A stretch of 64,000 nucleotides of DNA, taken from the NCBI GenBank assembly GCA_032123335.1, contig JAQBFN010000012.1:91-64090 (forward strand), written 5' to 3'. The DNA is from Candidatus Micrarchaeota archaeon. GTDB taxonomy: Archaea; Micrarchaeota; Micrarchaeia; Anstonellales; Bilamarchaeaceae. Positions 34,828 to 44,000 of this stretch are shown piece after piece. The notes under the pieces were generated by a model. It saw nothing but the letters and a program-made list of their open reading frames with translations, ran no database searches and was not told the DNA's origin. Positions within the stretch are counted from its first letter, which is position 1, and each line of letters opens with the position of its first letter. The position numbers and the translations under genes are program-made.

Positions 34828-35484
34828 ATGGCAAAAAGGAGAAGAAGGGAAGAAAAAGTAAGGATGCTTAATATCGAAGCCTGGACCCCAAAAACAGAGA
34901 TGGGAAGGCAGGTGAAGAATAAGGAGATTACCACACTTGAGGAGATATTCAACAGGGGAAAACCCATTCTTGAGCCGGAGATAATTGATGCGCTTCTTCC
35001 GGAGCTGGAAGCTGATACGATCATGGTGAGCCCAACCCAAAGGGCTACGGACTCTGGAAGGAAGATGAGCTTCAGGGTAATTGTAGTGCTCGGGGACAAG
35101 AAAGGCCACGTGGGAATCGGAGTGGGCAAGAACGAGGAAGTTAAGCCTGCCATTGATTACGCGATGCTTGATGCGAGGAAGCACATGATTTCCGTGAAGA
35201 GCGGATGCGGCTCCTGGGAATGCAGGTGCGGAAGCCCGCACTCCATGCCCAGGGAAGTGAGGGGGAAGTATGGGAGCACGCAGGTGGTCCTTAAGCCCGC
35301 TCCAAAGGGCCTTGGGCTTGCAGCGAACGGAGTGGTCAAGAAAGTGCTTACGATTGCAGGGGTGAATGACGTGTGGAGCTTTTCAAGGGGCTCAACCGCA
35401 AACATTTACAACATGGCAATGGCAACCATTGATGCGCTGGACTCGCTTAATCAGATGAAGCCACAGCCGGGTGATAAGCTATGA
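34828..35484 (+). CDS. rps5: Ribosomal protein uS5
   Basis: FRVIVVLGDKKGHVGIGVGK. ATG at 34828 within ORF 34762..35484. Confidence 0.9.
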   Translation: MAKRRRREEKVRMLNIEAWTPKTEMGRQVKNKEITTLEEIFNRGKPILEPEIIDALLPELEADTIMVSPTQRATDSGRKMSFRVIVVLGDKKGHVGIGVGKNEEVKPAIDYAMLDARKHMISVKSGCGSWECRCGSPHSMPREVRGKYGSTQVVLKPAPKGLGLAANGVVKKVLTIAGVNDVWSFSRGSTANIYNMAMATIDALDSLNQMKPQPGDKL

Positions 35485-35912
35485 AGATCGCAATAGTTAG
35501 GATTAGGGGGATAAGGAACATTAACCCGAAGATAAAGCAGACCCTGGACCTCCTGAACATTGAGAGGCCGAACAACTGTGTCATCATTGATGACACTCCT
35601 CAGAATATGGGGATGGTAAAGGTTTGCAAGGATTACATTACGTATGGGCCAATATCTGAAAAGGTGCTTTTTGAACTCCTCAGGAAGAGGGGGGAAAAGG
35701 GCAGGAGGATGCTCAGGGACGTGATGGAGGAAGAGGAGATAAAGCAGGCTGCACAGAAAATCATGCACAATGAAAAGGTGAAGAATTTCGTGGATCCTGT
35801 ATTCAGGCTCCACCCTCCCAGGAAGGGCTACAAAACGATTAAAAAGCCGGCACCCGAAGGGGACCTGGGAAAACGGGAGGACATGGATTCACTCTTAAAG
35901 AGAATGATGTAG
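35481..35912 (+). CDS. rpl30: Ribosomal protein uL30
   Basis: MKIAIVRIRGIRNINPKIKQTLDLLNI. Confidence 0.9.
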   Translation: MKIAIVRIRGIRNINPKIKQTLDLLNIERPNNCVIIDDTPQNMGMVKVCKDYITYGPISEKVLFELLRKRGEKGRRMLRDVMEEEEIKQAAQKIMHNEKVKNFVDPVFRLHPPRKGYKTIKKPAPEGDLGKREDMDSLLKRMM

Positions 35913-35923
35913 CGGTGATACTC

Positions 35924-36313
35924 ATGCCAGAAAGAAGGAAGAGAAAGATTGGAAAGATGCGTGGCTCAAGGAGCTGCGGAACAGGGAATGCAAAGAACAA
36001 GAGGGGCTCAGGAAACAGGGGAGGAGTAGGAAACGCAGGCCTGCACAAGCACAAATGGAGCTGGATTACTACAAACGATCCGGACAGGTATGGAAGGGAA
36101 GGCCTAAAGAGGAAAAAACCCCCTGGAAAAGTAATGAACCTGTATGAGATTAATTCCCTCGCAGAAGGGGGAAAGAATGAGATGTCCTTCAAAGGGAAGG
36201 TACTTGCAACTGGGAGGATTATGCACCCGGTTGCAGTGAAAGCGATTTCCTGGAGCGCCAGGGCCGAAGAAAAGATAAAGGCTGCAGGCGGAAGCATTTC
36301 CAAGATAGACTGA
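35924..36313 (+). CDS. rpl15: Ribosomal protein uL15
   Basis: RKRKIGKMRGSRSCGTGNAKNKRGSGNRGGVGNAG. Confidence 0.9.
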   Translation: MPERRKRKIGKMRGSRSCGTGNAKNKRGSGNRGGVGNAGLHKHKWSWITTNDPDRYGREGLKRKKPPGKVMNLYEINSLAEGGKNEMSFKGKVLATGRIMHPVAVKAISWSARAEEKIKAAGGSISKID

Positions 36314-36322
36314 AGTGAACGT

Positions 36323-37747
36323 ATGGGAGCAATTCTTGATGTCGGCCACAGGATAGCGCAGTTTCTTCCTGAGATCAAGCCGCCGGTGAGGCCACCGGAT
36401 ACAAAGGAGAGATTTATATGGACAGGGGTAGCCCTGTTTCTATTCTTCTTGATGTATAACGTTATTGCGTTCGGAGCACAGGATACGGGAAACCAGTTTG
36501 ACTTCCTGCAGATGATTACGGCGTCAAAATTAGGGAGTTTGCTCACCACAAGTATTGGGCCGATTGTATTGGCCAGTATTTTTCTCCAGTTGTTTTCAGG
36601 CGCGGGAATTATTGATTTGAATCCGCGTGACCCTAAGGAGAAGGTTAAATTCCAGGAGCTGCAGAAGGTTCTTGCCATTATTATTGCGCTTGTGGAAGCC
36701 ACGATTTTCGTAATGACAGGAAGGGTGTTGCTTGCGGAGGGCCTTGCCCCCGAGATTGCAATGCCATTAGTTATACTGCAGATTGCACTGGGTTCAGTCA
36801 TTGTGCTGTACCTGGATGAAGTGGTAACCAAATATGGAATTGGAAGCGGGATCAGCCTGTTCATTGCAGCCGGTGTTTCATTCTCGATTATTGGAGGGGC
36901 CATAGGGCTCATATTCGGGGAAACCGGAGTGCTGGGGGCAATTGCAGGAGGAGGCGCGGAAGCGATTCCAAGTGCACTCATTATCATGGCACCGATACTG
37001 GTGACTGCTGTTGTATGGTATGCGGTATCCTATGGGGAAGGGATGAAAGTGGAGATACCTCTTGCGTACCAACGGGCGAGAGGGATGAGCCCAAAGCTTC
37101 CCCTGAACCTGTTCTACCTTTCAAATATCCCGGTTATTTTTGCGAGCGCTTTGCTCATGAACGTGCAGCTTTTTGCGGTTGGGCTTGGGGGCCTGGACGT
37201 GGATATAGGCGGGTTCAACATAATTGAAGCGCTTGGGTATGTGGATGCGAACAACCAGCTTACGGATGGGTTCCTTTACCTGATTACCCCTGTGTATGGA
37301 GGTGGGCAGAATACAATTGCGCACCTTAATTTCATACTCAACGGAGTGACACCCATATTTGGGATACCCCAATGGGTGCATGCCATAATCTATGTGCTGT
37401 TCCTCTCATTTGTGTCAGTGCTGTTCGGTAAATTCTGGGCAGAGACCTCAAACATGGACACAAAGGGAATGACTGACCAGCTTATCGAGTCCGGGATGCA
37501 GATTCCGGGGTGGAGAACGGATAGGAGGATGCTGGAAAAAATATTGGATAAGTACATACCTCCACTCATATTCCTGGGTTCATTCCTGGTTGGTTTGCTT
37601 GCAGGGCTTGCGGACCTTACTGGTGCCCTGGGAACAGGAACAGGTATCCTGCTTACTGTAAGTATATTCTACAGGACTTATCAGCAGATGGAGAGGCAGA
37701 AAATGCTGGAAAATGCCCCGTTCCTTAACGGGATATTGGGTAGGTGA
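36323..37747 (+). CDS. secY: Preprotein translocase subunit SecY
   Basis: 474 aa, 10-TM pattern, canonical position after L15. Confidence 0.95.
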   Translation: MGAILDVGHRIAQFLPEIKPPVRPPDTKERFIWTGVALFLFFLMYNVIAFGAQDTGNQFDFLQMITASKLGSLLTTSIGPIVLASIFLQLFSGAGIIDLNPRDPKEKVKFQELQKVLAIIIALVEATIFVMTGRVLLAEGLAPEIAMPLVILQIALGSVIVLYLDEVVTKYGIGSGISLFIAAGVSFSIIGGAIGLIFGETGVLGAIAGGGAEAIPSALIIMAPILVTAVVWYAVSYGEGMKVEIPLAYQRARGMSPKLPLNLFYLSNIPVIFASALLMNVQLFAVGLGGLDVDIGGFNIIEALGYVDANNQLTDGFLYLITPVYGGGQNTIAHLNFILNGVTPIFGIPQWVHAIIYVLFLSFVSVLFGKFWAETSNMDTKGMTDQLIESGMQIPGWRTDRRMLEKILDKYIPPLIFLGSFLVGLLAGLADLTGALGTGTGILLTVSIFYRTYQQMERQKMLENAPFLNGILGR

Positions 37748-37753
37748 CGAAAG

Positions 37754-38296
37754 ATGATAATAGTGATGGGGCTTCCCGGAGCAGGGAAGAGCACCGTAAT
37801 GAAAGGCGTTTCGGCTGATGTGAAGATGCTGAATTACGGTACCCTCATGTTTGAGATTGCGAAAGAGAAGTTCGGGATTTCGAACAGGGATGAAATACGG
37901 AAGCTTCCGGTGGGGCAGCAGAAGGAAGTGCAGGCCGCGGTTGCGGAAAAGCTTGCTTCTGAGAGCGGGAAGGTGGTGCTGGATACGCACTGCTCGATCA
38001 AAACTCCGAAAGGGTACCTGCCTGGGCTTCCATTTGAGTTGCTTTCCAAATTGAATGTGGAGGCGCTTGTGCTCATCACTGCAAAGCCTGAAGAGGTGTT
38101 TGCGAGGAGGGGAAATGATTCCAGCAGGGAAAGGAGTGATGATGTTACGCTTGAGGATGTGCAGGAGCATGATAATATGAATAGGGCACTCCTGGCTGCG
38201 TATGCGGCCCATAGGGGATGCCCTGCAAAGATTATCTACAATGCACAGGGAAAGGTTGAAGAAGCATCTGCGCAGCTGCAGAGCATTTTGGAGTGA
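37754..38296 (+). CDS. adkA: Adenylate kinase, archaeal type
   Basis: P-loop MGLPGAGKST, about 180 aa, positioned after secY. Confidence 0.85.
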   Translation: MIIVMGLPGAGKSTVMKGVSADVKMLNYGTLMFEIAKEKFGISNRDEIRKLPVGQQKEVQAAVAEKLASESGKVVLDTHCSIKTPKGYLPGLPFELLSKLNVEALVLITAKPEEVFARRGNDSSRERSDDVTLEDVQEHDNMNRALLAAYAAHRGCPAKIIYNAQGKVEEASAQLQSILE

Positions 38297-39078
38297 TTAT
38301 GATGATTCCGGTAGAACTTTATTTTTGGTTTGTTACCATTTGCGCGCTTATCTATTCAGGCATAGGCCAGGTTGTGCGCGGCAAGTTAGTGAACATGGAC
38401 AGGATGAAGGAGCTCCAGAAAGAGCTGAACAAGCTGAATAAGGAGTACATCGAGGCGATGAAGAAGCAGAATACTCCCAGGATGGATGAGATAAAGGCAA
38501 AGCAGGACAAGATTATGCCCGAGTTCAACGGAATGATGGGCGGGCAGCTCAAGGTTATGCTTGTAATCATTGTAGTTTTCATGAGTTTCATGTGGATGCT
38601 CGGGACGATTGATCCGTTCTTGGGGGATGACATGGTTGTTGAGCTTTCAAACCAGGGGGATGAATGGTGCGGGGAGGTTCCGCTATCCGGAGGGGAAGTT
38701 GGGCCATGGTATGTGGACGTGAAGGCGTTTGAGGGAGATTCCCAGACTGCTGAGAACGGAACAATACTTTTCCATGGGACTGAGGGTTCGAACTATCTGC
38801 CTTCGGGCGTAACTAATGGTGCGCAGATGAATGTTTTTGCAGACAAGGGCTCCTATGAACAGGGTGATGATGCGGTTGTGTGCGCGGTGCCTCCTGAGTA
38901 CAGCACAAGCGTAGTTGCCACCGCAAACAGTGGAACCTGGTTCCACATAAAGCTCCCATTCGAAATACCTATCTTCAACACAAGAACGCTTAATGGTGCG
39001 AACATCTGGTTCATACTTGTAGCGATTGTGGGGGGAATAGGGCTGACCAGGGTAAAAAAAGTGATTATGAAAAATTAG
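38293..39078 (+). CDS. DUF106/EMC3-YidC-like membrane insertase homologue with a ~110-aa inserted extracytoplasmic domain
   Basis: TM1 is followed by the coiled coil MKELQKELNKLNKEYIEAMKK and then TM2. A beta-rich insert precedes the last TM. It occupies the canonical position after adk. Confidence 0.7.
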   Translation: MIMMIPVELYFWFVTICALIYSGIGQVVRGKLVNMDRMKELQKELNKLNKEYIEAMKKQNTPRMDEIKAKQDKIMPEFNGMMGGQLKVMLVIIVVFMSFMWMLGTIDPFLGDDMVVELSNQGDEWCGEVPLSGGEVGPWYVDVKAFEGDSQTAENGTILFHGTEGSNYLPSGVTNGAQMNVFADKGSYEQGDDAVVCAVPPEYSTSVVATANSGTWFHIKLPFEIPIFNTRTLNGANIWFILVAIVGGIGLTRVKKVIMKN

Positions 39079-39086
39079 GTGATGTT

Positions 39087-39404
39087 ATGCCAAACACAAA
39101 GAACAGGTCAACTTCAATGAAGAAGATTAAGAGAAGGGTTCCTTCAGGCAAAAGCAGGGAATATTATGAGAGAAGGCTGGGCGGGAAAAAGGCTTCCTGT
39201 GCAATCTGCAAAGGGAAATTGCTTGGTGTGCAGAGAAGCGGTGCAAAAAGCGAAAAGACTCCGGAAAGGAAGTTCGGCGGGCACCTGTGCTCAAAGTGCC
39301 AGTCCAAGGTGGTTGTGGAAGCTTCCCGTGTAAAGGAGAAGGCAAAGAGCATTGAAGATGTGGATATCATTTACAGAAAGTACGTTGAGGGGATCCTGAA
39401 ATGA
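39087..39404 (+). CDS. rpl34e: Ribosomal protein eL34
   Basis: RVPSGKSREYYERR...CAICKGKLLGV...CSKC. Confidence 0.85.
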   Translation: MPNTKNRSTSMKKIKRRVPSGKSREYYERRLGGKKASCAICKGKLLGVQRSGAKSEKTPERKFGGHLCSKCQSKVVVEASRVKEKAKSIEDVDIIYRKYVEGILK

Positions 39405-39940
39405 TTATAGCCGTTGCCGGGCTTGCGGGAAGCGGAAAGAATACCTTCGGAAAAGTAATGGCTGAGAAGCTGGGCTACCATGTGGTGTGCCCTACCTTCA
39501 AGGACCTTGCAAAAAAAGAGGGTGTTCCGCTCATGGAGTTCCAGAAAAAGGCAATGGAAGACCCCAACATAGACAAGAAGTTTGATGAGATGCTACGGGA
39601 TGAGGCATCCAAAGGTGAGTGTGTGGTCACTACGTGGCTTGGGCCATGGATGGTGGAGGCGGACTTCAGGATTTGGATTGATGCCCCTGAAGAAGTGCGT
39701 GTGAAGAGGCTTGCGAAAAGGGATGAGATTTCTCTTGAGGAAGCTGGGAAGCACGTAAAGGAAAGGGATGCGAACAACAGGGAAAGGTACATGAAGGTTT
39801 ACAATATTGATATATTGAACCATGAGAAATTTGACCTTGTGCTTAGTTCCGCAGAGAATATGCCCGAAGAGCTTGTTGAGATTGCAATTCGGGCTTTGAA
39901 AGATAAAGGATTATTGGGTGAGATTTATGGCAGCAATTGA
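39401..39940 (+). CDS. cmk: Cytidylate kinase, archaeal type
   Basis: MIIAVAGLAGSGKNT P-loop and cluster position. Confidence 0.85.
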   Translation: MIIAVAGLAGSGKNTFGKVMAEKLGYHVVCPTFKDLAKKEGVPLMEFQKKAMEDPNIDKKFDEMLRDEASKGECVVTTWLGPWMVEADFRIWIDAPEEVRVKRLAKRDEISLEEAGKHVKERDANNRERYMKVYNIDILNHEKFDLVLSSAENMPEELVEIAIRALKDKGLLGEIYGSN

Positions 39941-40100
39941 AGAAGGAAGAATTTGCGTTAAGACGATGGGCAAGGATTCAGGAGACGAAGTTACAATCAC
40001 TAAAGTGGTTGACAGGAATTTTGTAATGGTCAAAGATGCTAAAGGGAAAGAGAGCAGAGTGAGCATAAGGCACCTTGAGCCCACTTCCCGCAAGGAGTAG
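39927..40100 (+). CDS. rpl14e: Ribosomal protein eL14
   Basis: MAAIEEGRICVKTMGKDSGDEVTITKVVDRNFVMV (KOW). Confidence 0.8.
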   Translation: MAAIEEGRICVKTMGKDSGDEVTITKVVDRNFVMVKDAKGKESRVSIRHLEPTSRKE

Positions 40101-40105
40101 CTCCG

Positions 40106-40972
40106 ATGGATGTGCCGGAACTCCTGGACTCAGGGGTTGTGGTGCTGGACAAGCCCTGCGGCCCCGTGAGCCATGAGGTTACTTCCTGGGTTAAGAAATT
40201 TCTTGAAGTTCCCAGAGCTGGGCATGCGGGGACTTTGGATCCTGATGTATCTGGAGTTCTGCCTGTGGCTGTTGGGAGGGCGACTAAATTATTGAAGTAT
40301 ATTGCTAGTAAGAGGAAAACGTATGTGGGGATATGCAAATTCAGGAAGGAGCTTAAGCCGGATAGGATTGAGGATGTTTTTGCTAAATTCCGTGGGGAGA
40401 TTGAACAGACTCCCCCTCTTGTTTCTGCAGTTAAGAAAGTGAAAAGGAAGCGGTTTGTGCATTCGCTTGAAATTCTGGAAATTAAAGGGAAACGCGTACT
40501 GTTTAGTGCTACTGTGGAAGCGGGAACCTATATCCGGACTCTTTGTGAAGATATTGGGAAGGCTGCGGATACTGAGGCATTTATGGAGGAGTTGAGGCGC
40601 ACTGCTGTTGGGCGGATCCGGGAGGATTCTGCGCACACTGTGCAGGTGCTTGTGGATGCATATTGGCTCTGGAAGGAGAAGGGGGATGATTCTTTGCTTA
40701 GGAAATGTGTTGTGCCTGTGGATACTCTTATGGAGTTCAGGAGGGTGTATGTACGGGACAATGCTGCCGGGAGTTTAGCAAAGGGGGCGCAGCTGATGGC
40801 TCCTGGGCTTACTGCCGCTGAGCCCTTGATTAAGAAGGGGGATACTGTTTCGATTTATACTGAGGGTGGAACGTTTGTGGGGGTGGGAGTTGCGCTTTTT
40901 GATGGGCCGGGAATGAATGAGCAGAAAAAGGGGAAGGTTGTGAAAACCGAGAGAATTCACTTTAAAGCGTAG
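40106..40972 (+). CDS. cbf5: tRNA/rRNA pseudouridine synthase Cbf5 (TruB family) with PUA domain
   Basis: VVLDKPCGPVSHEV...AGHAGTLDPDVSGVLPVAVGRATK, with a C-terminal PUA-like GDTVSIYTEGGTFVGVG. Confidence 0.9.
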   Translation: MDVPELLDSGVVVLDKPCGPVSHEVTSWVKKFLEVPRAGHAGTLDPDVSGVLPVAVGRATKLLKYIASKRKTYVGICKFRKELKPDRIEDVFAKFRGEIEQTPPLVSAVKKVKRKRFVHSLEILEIKGKRVLFSATVEAGTYIRTLCEDIGKAADTEAFMEELRRTAVGRIREDSAHTVQVLVDAYWLWKEKGDDSLLRKCVVPVDTLMEFRRVYVRDNAAGSLAKGAQLMAPGLTAAEPLIKKGDTVSIYTEGGTFVGVGVALFDGPGMNEQKKGKVVKTERIHFKA

Positions 40973-40997
40973 TTCACAAATAACCATAAAAAGATAC

Positions 40998-41007
40998 ATT
41001 TTTAAAG
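40998..41007 (+). promoter_or_regulatory. TATA-box-like element (atttttaaag) about 30 nt upstream of the ATG at 41033
   Basis: Read directly. Confidence 0.4.
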
Positions 41008-41032
41008 ACTCTCTAAGATAAATATATAGTAT

Positions 41033-44000
41033 ATGCCTCGCCAGAAGAACGCTGAAAAAGAAGTAAAGGGGAGCCCTAGCAAAGCAAAAGAGCGCATAGG
41101 GCGCCTTGCTCCTTATGTGGAATCAGTGTTGAAAGAGAGGTATGGTTGTTATCCTGAGTCGCATCCGCTTTCACAATATGTAAAATCCATAGTGGAGAGG
41201 ATGGAAACTGGTGCGGACAAGGGAAGAATTTCAGTTTCTGTTACAAGGGGCTGGGAGGAAGCAAATGCATGTGCATTGCCGAATGGCGCAATCCTGATAA
41301 GCGACAGGATGTTCAAGTTTTGCGAAACAGAAGATGAGATTGCATTCGTAATAAACCATGAGCGCTCGCACATTAAGGGAGGGCATGCTGAAAGAATGTG
41401 TGATAACCAGAGCACCAAGGACATAATTTTGACAATCGGCAGCCTGAGGAGCCAGGAATACGAAGCAGATGTGCAGGCGGCCATAGAAAGCGGGGAAGGG
41501 CCCTTCAACCCGCATGGAGGAGCAGTCTTTCTGAACAGGATTAATGAAATGGAGAAAGAATGCGGGGTTGTGGAAGATATCGGACATGGCAGCAGCCTGT
41601 TGAGAATCCTGGCCTTGGATTACACTGCCAGGATAGTGGATATGCCTTCACTTTCCCATGCATTGACTCCTCTGCCCCAGGATATGTTGAGGAGTATAGA
41701 GAGTGATGTTGATCCTTGGAAAACAATCCTCAGGGATTCTTTAGATGAAACAGATCCACAGAAGTTGCATCTTGCACGTGAAGCTTTGGCTAAAAAGTGC
41801 GGAGTGCGTTCAGCACTAAGCCTAATGGGCCCAATATACAAGAGATATAACCGAATAAAGCAACATTCAGGGAAGAAGTATAATGGGGCCTCCCTAAGTG
41901 CAAAGATGAGGATGGAATTCGAAAGAAAAATACTCAAAATTCTTCTTGGAAAAATTGACTCTTTAATCAATAAGGAATATGGGGATCTGGATAAAGAAGG
42001 AAAGGAGGTAGTGAGGGCCTTGGTCCTGGAGTTGTGTGCGGGGGTCCCTCTCTCAGAAATGCATTTGAAAGGCGAGGACCACTTTGGGCTTTTTGATAGT
42101 TTCTCTAAGTTACTTCTGGGGAGAAAAAGCTATCAGGTAATGAAGATAATGGGGGAATTTTCAAGTAATTTCCCTGAAGAGCTGGTATTGGAAAGGTCCC
42201 CGAAAAAATTCATTGGGTCGATAATCAATATGCTTAGTGAAGGTGGTTGGTTCAGTGATAGGAAATACTCATTGGTGGTCAATATCCTGATGAAGGACCT
42301 TGAGAAAGCATACAGGAAGAAAGGGGCTATAGATATTGACTGGGGAGAAATAGAAACTGAATGCTCAATAGATATGATACTGGACACTAGTGTTGATGAA
42401 AATGCGGAAGCCATAGCGATTATTGATATTTCCGCCAAAAATTTGTCTGAAGAAAACAAGGCAAAGATAGTCAGGAATCTATTCAGCAGGGTTGAGTTCG
42501 ACCCAAAAGACCTTCCTGAGGGCTGGTCAGTGATGTTGGACAAATGGAAAAAGGAGAACCTGCCTGAGAAGTACCTGGAAGCAAAAGAGGCCATGGTGAG
42601 GATAGCGAAAAGGAAGTGGGAGGGGAGTATGACCACTTCTCTTTCGGAAGGAAAGGAGGTTCCTGAAGAGGATAAATACCCATTTAGTGAAGCCCTAAGA
42701 ATCCTGGGCACTGGTGACCTAAAAGAAATTGAATACTTCTTAGACAGCATCTGGGAAGACATGAGTATTGGGAAGAAGATTAAGGAAATTGTAGTGGGTG
42801 ATATCTCTGACTCATTTCTAAGAGGATGGGATAACGAACAACACAGGGAATTTGTAGATGCCCTACGGAGCAAAGAAGGTATTCTTGGGGTCTTGCACAT
42901 CATTTCAAAGTTCCCCTCTTGTACGGCGCAGTTAGAGTGCATTTGGTTTATGGAAACGGCCTGCGGAACAATGCAAACCCCGGAGGAATTGGCAGAGATA
43001 AAAGAAGATTTGAAAAAATATGGGTTTTACTCTGAACCTGAAGGGAAAGCGCTGATGGGCAAGTTATTTGAGAGCAGTGCTTCACGTTGGGCAGATGTTT
43101 TGCCCAGGGGGGAATTATTCAGGCAACTCAAAAGATCTGTGGAAATACTAAAACCGCACGAGTTTATGAGGGCGTATATACTGGGAGCTGAGATAGATAG
43201 GGGTTCAGCTGTGCTGGGATATGATGAATTGCTTGCAAAAATTCTGGATAAGTATTCCTTTGATACTGATAATGCCAGTGAAGCAGAAGAGTTGCTAACA
43301 GTATGCGCATTTCTTGGGGACTATGACCTTAAATCCCAGGTGTTGAGAAGCGTCCTTAGCAAGCAAATCCCTAAACTTGGGGCAGGAAACGCCAAGAAAT
43401 TGCTTTTTGGAGACCCCAGATTAGATGGAGTTAGCCTTAATGAAATGAGGGAAAGGATAATAAATGAAGAAATCCTTTCTCCGGAAAGCCTGGGGGAAGC
43501 AATAGATGAAGCAGTAGTATTCATGACGAAAAAGGAAAGCAGGAAAACCCTGGGCAAAGCAATAGTTGGGAATACTGTAATGGGTGAGCTCCTAAAAGAC
43601 AAGGATGGGGCCCTGAAGCTCTTCCTGAAATGTGCAGAGGATGACTTTGAGTTGAGAAAAGCCACATATCATGTCTGGGAAGCAGTAGGCGATAGATTAG
43701 AATATGTGATGCCCCTGTCTACATTGTATGAAAGAATGTATAATATAGATTTTTTGACCAAACAGCTTATTGTGCAGAATCTTCTCATGGGAAAGAATGG
43801 GGTGCTTATTAAACAGTCAAGCAGAAAAAAAACTGTAGATTGGGTTTTGGATTACTTTGTACAATCTTCAGAGGATGAAAGTGAAAAAAGGCTGATGGAA
43901 TTTCTGCGGGAGATACTTGGAAAACTGGCAGAAAAATCAGATGTTTCAACAATGTACTTCCTGCTTTCACCACTAATATTGGACAGGATATTGGTTAGGC

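Noticed and set aside
35839-36987. 382-aa minus-strand ORF
   Set aside because: It is antisense to rpl15 and secY, so it is a shadow ORF.
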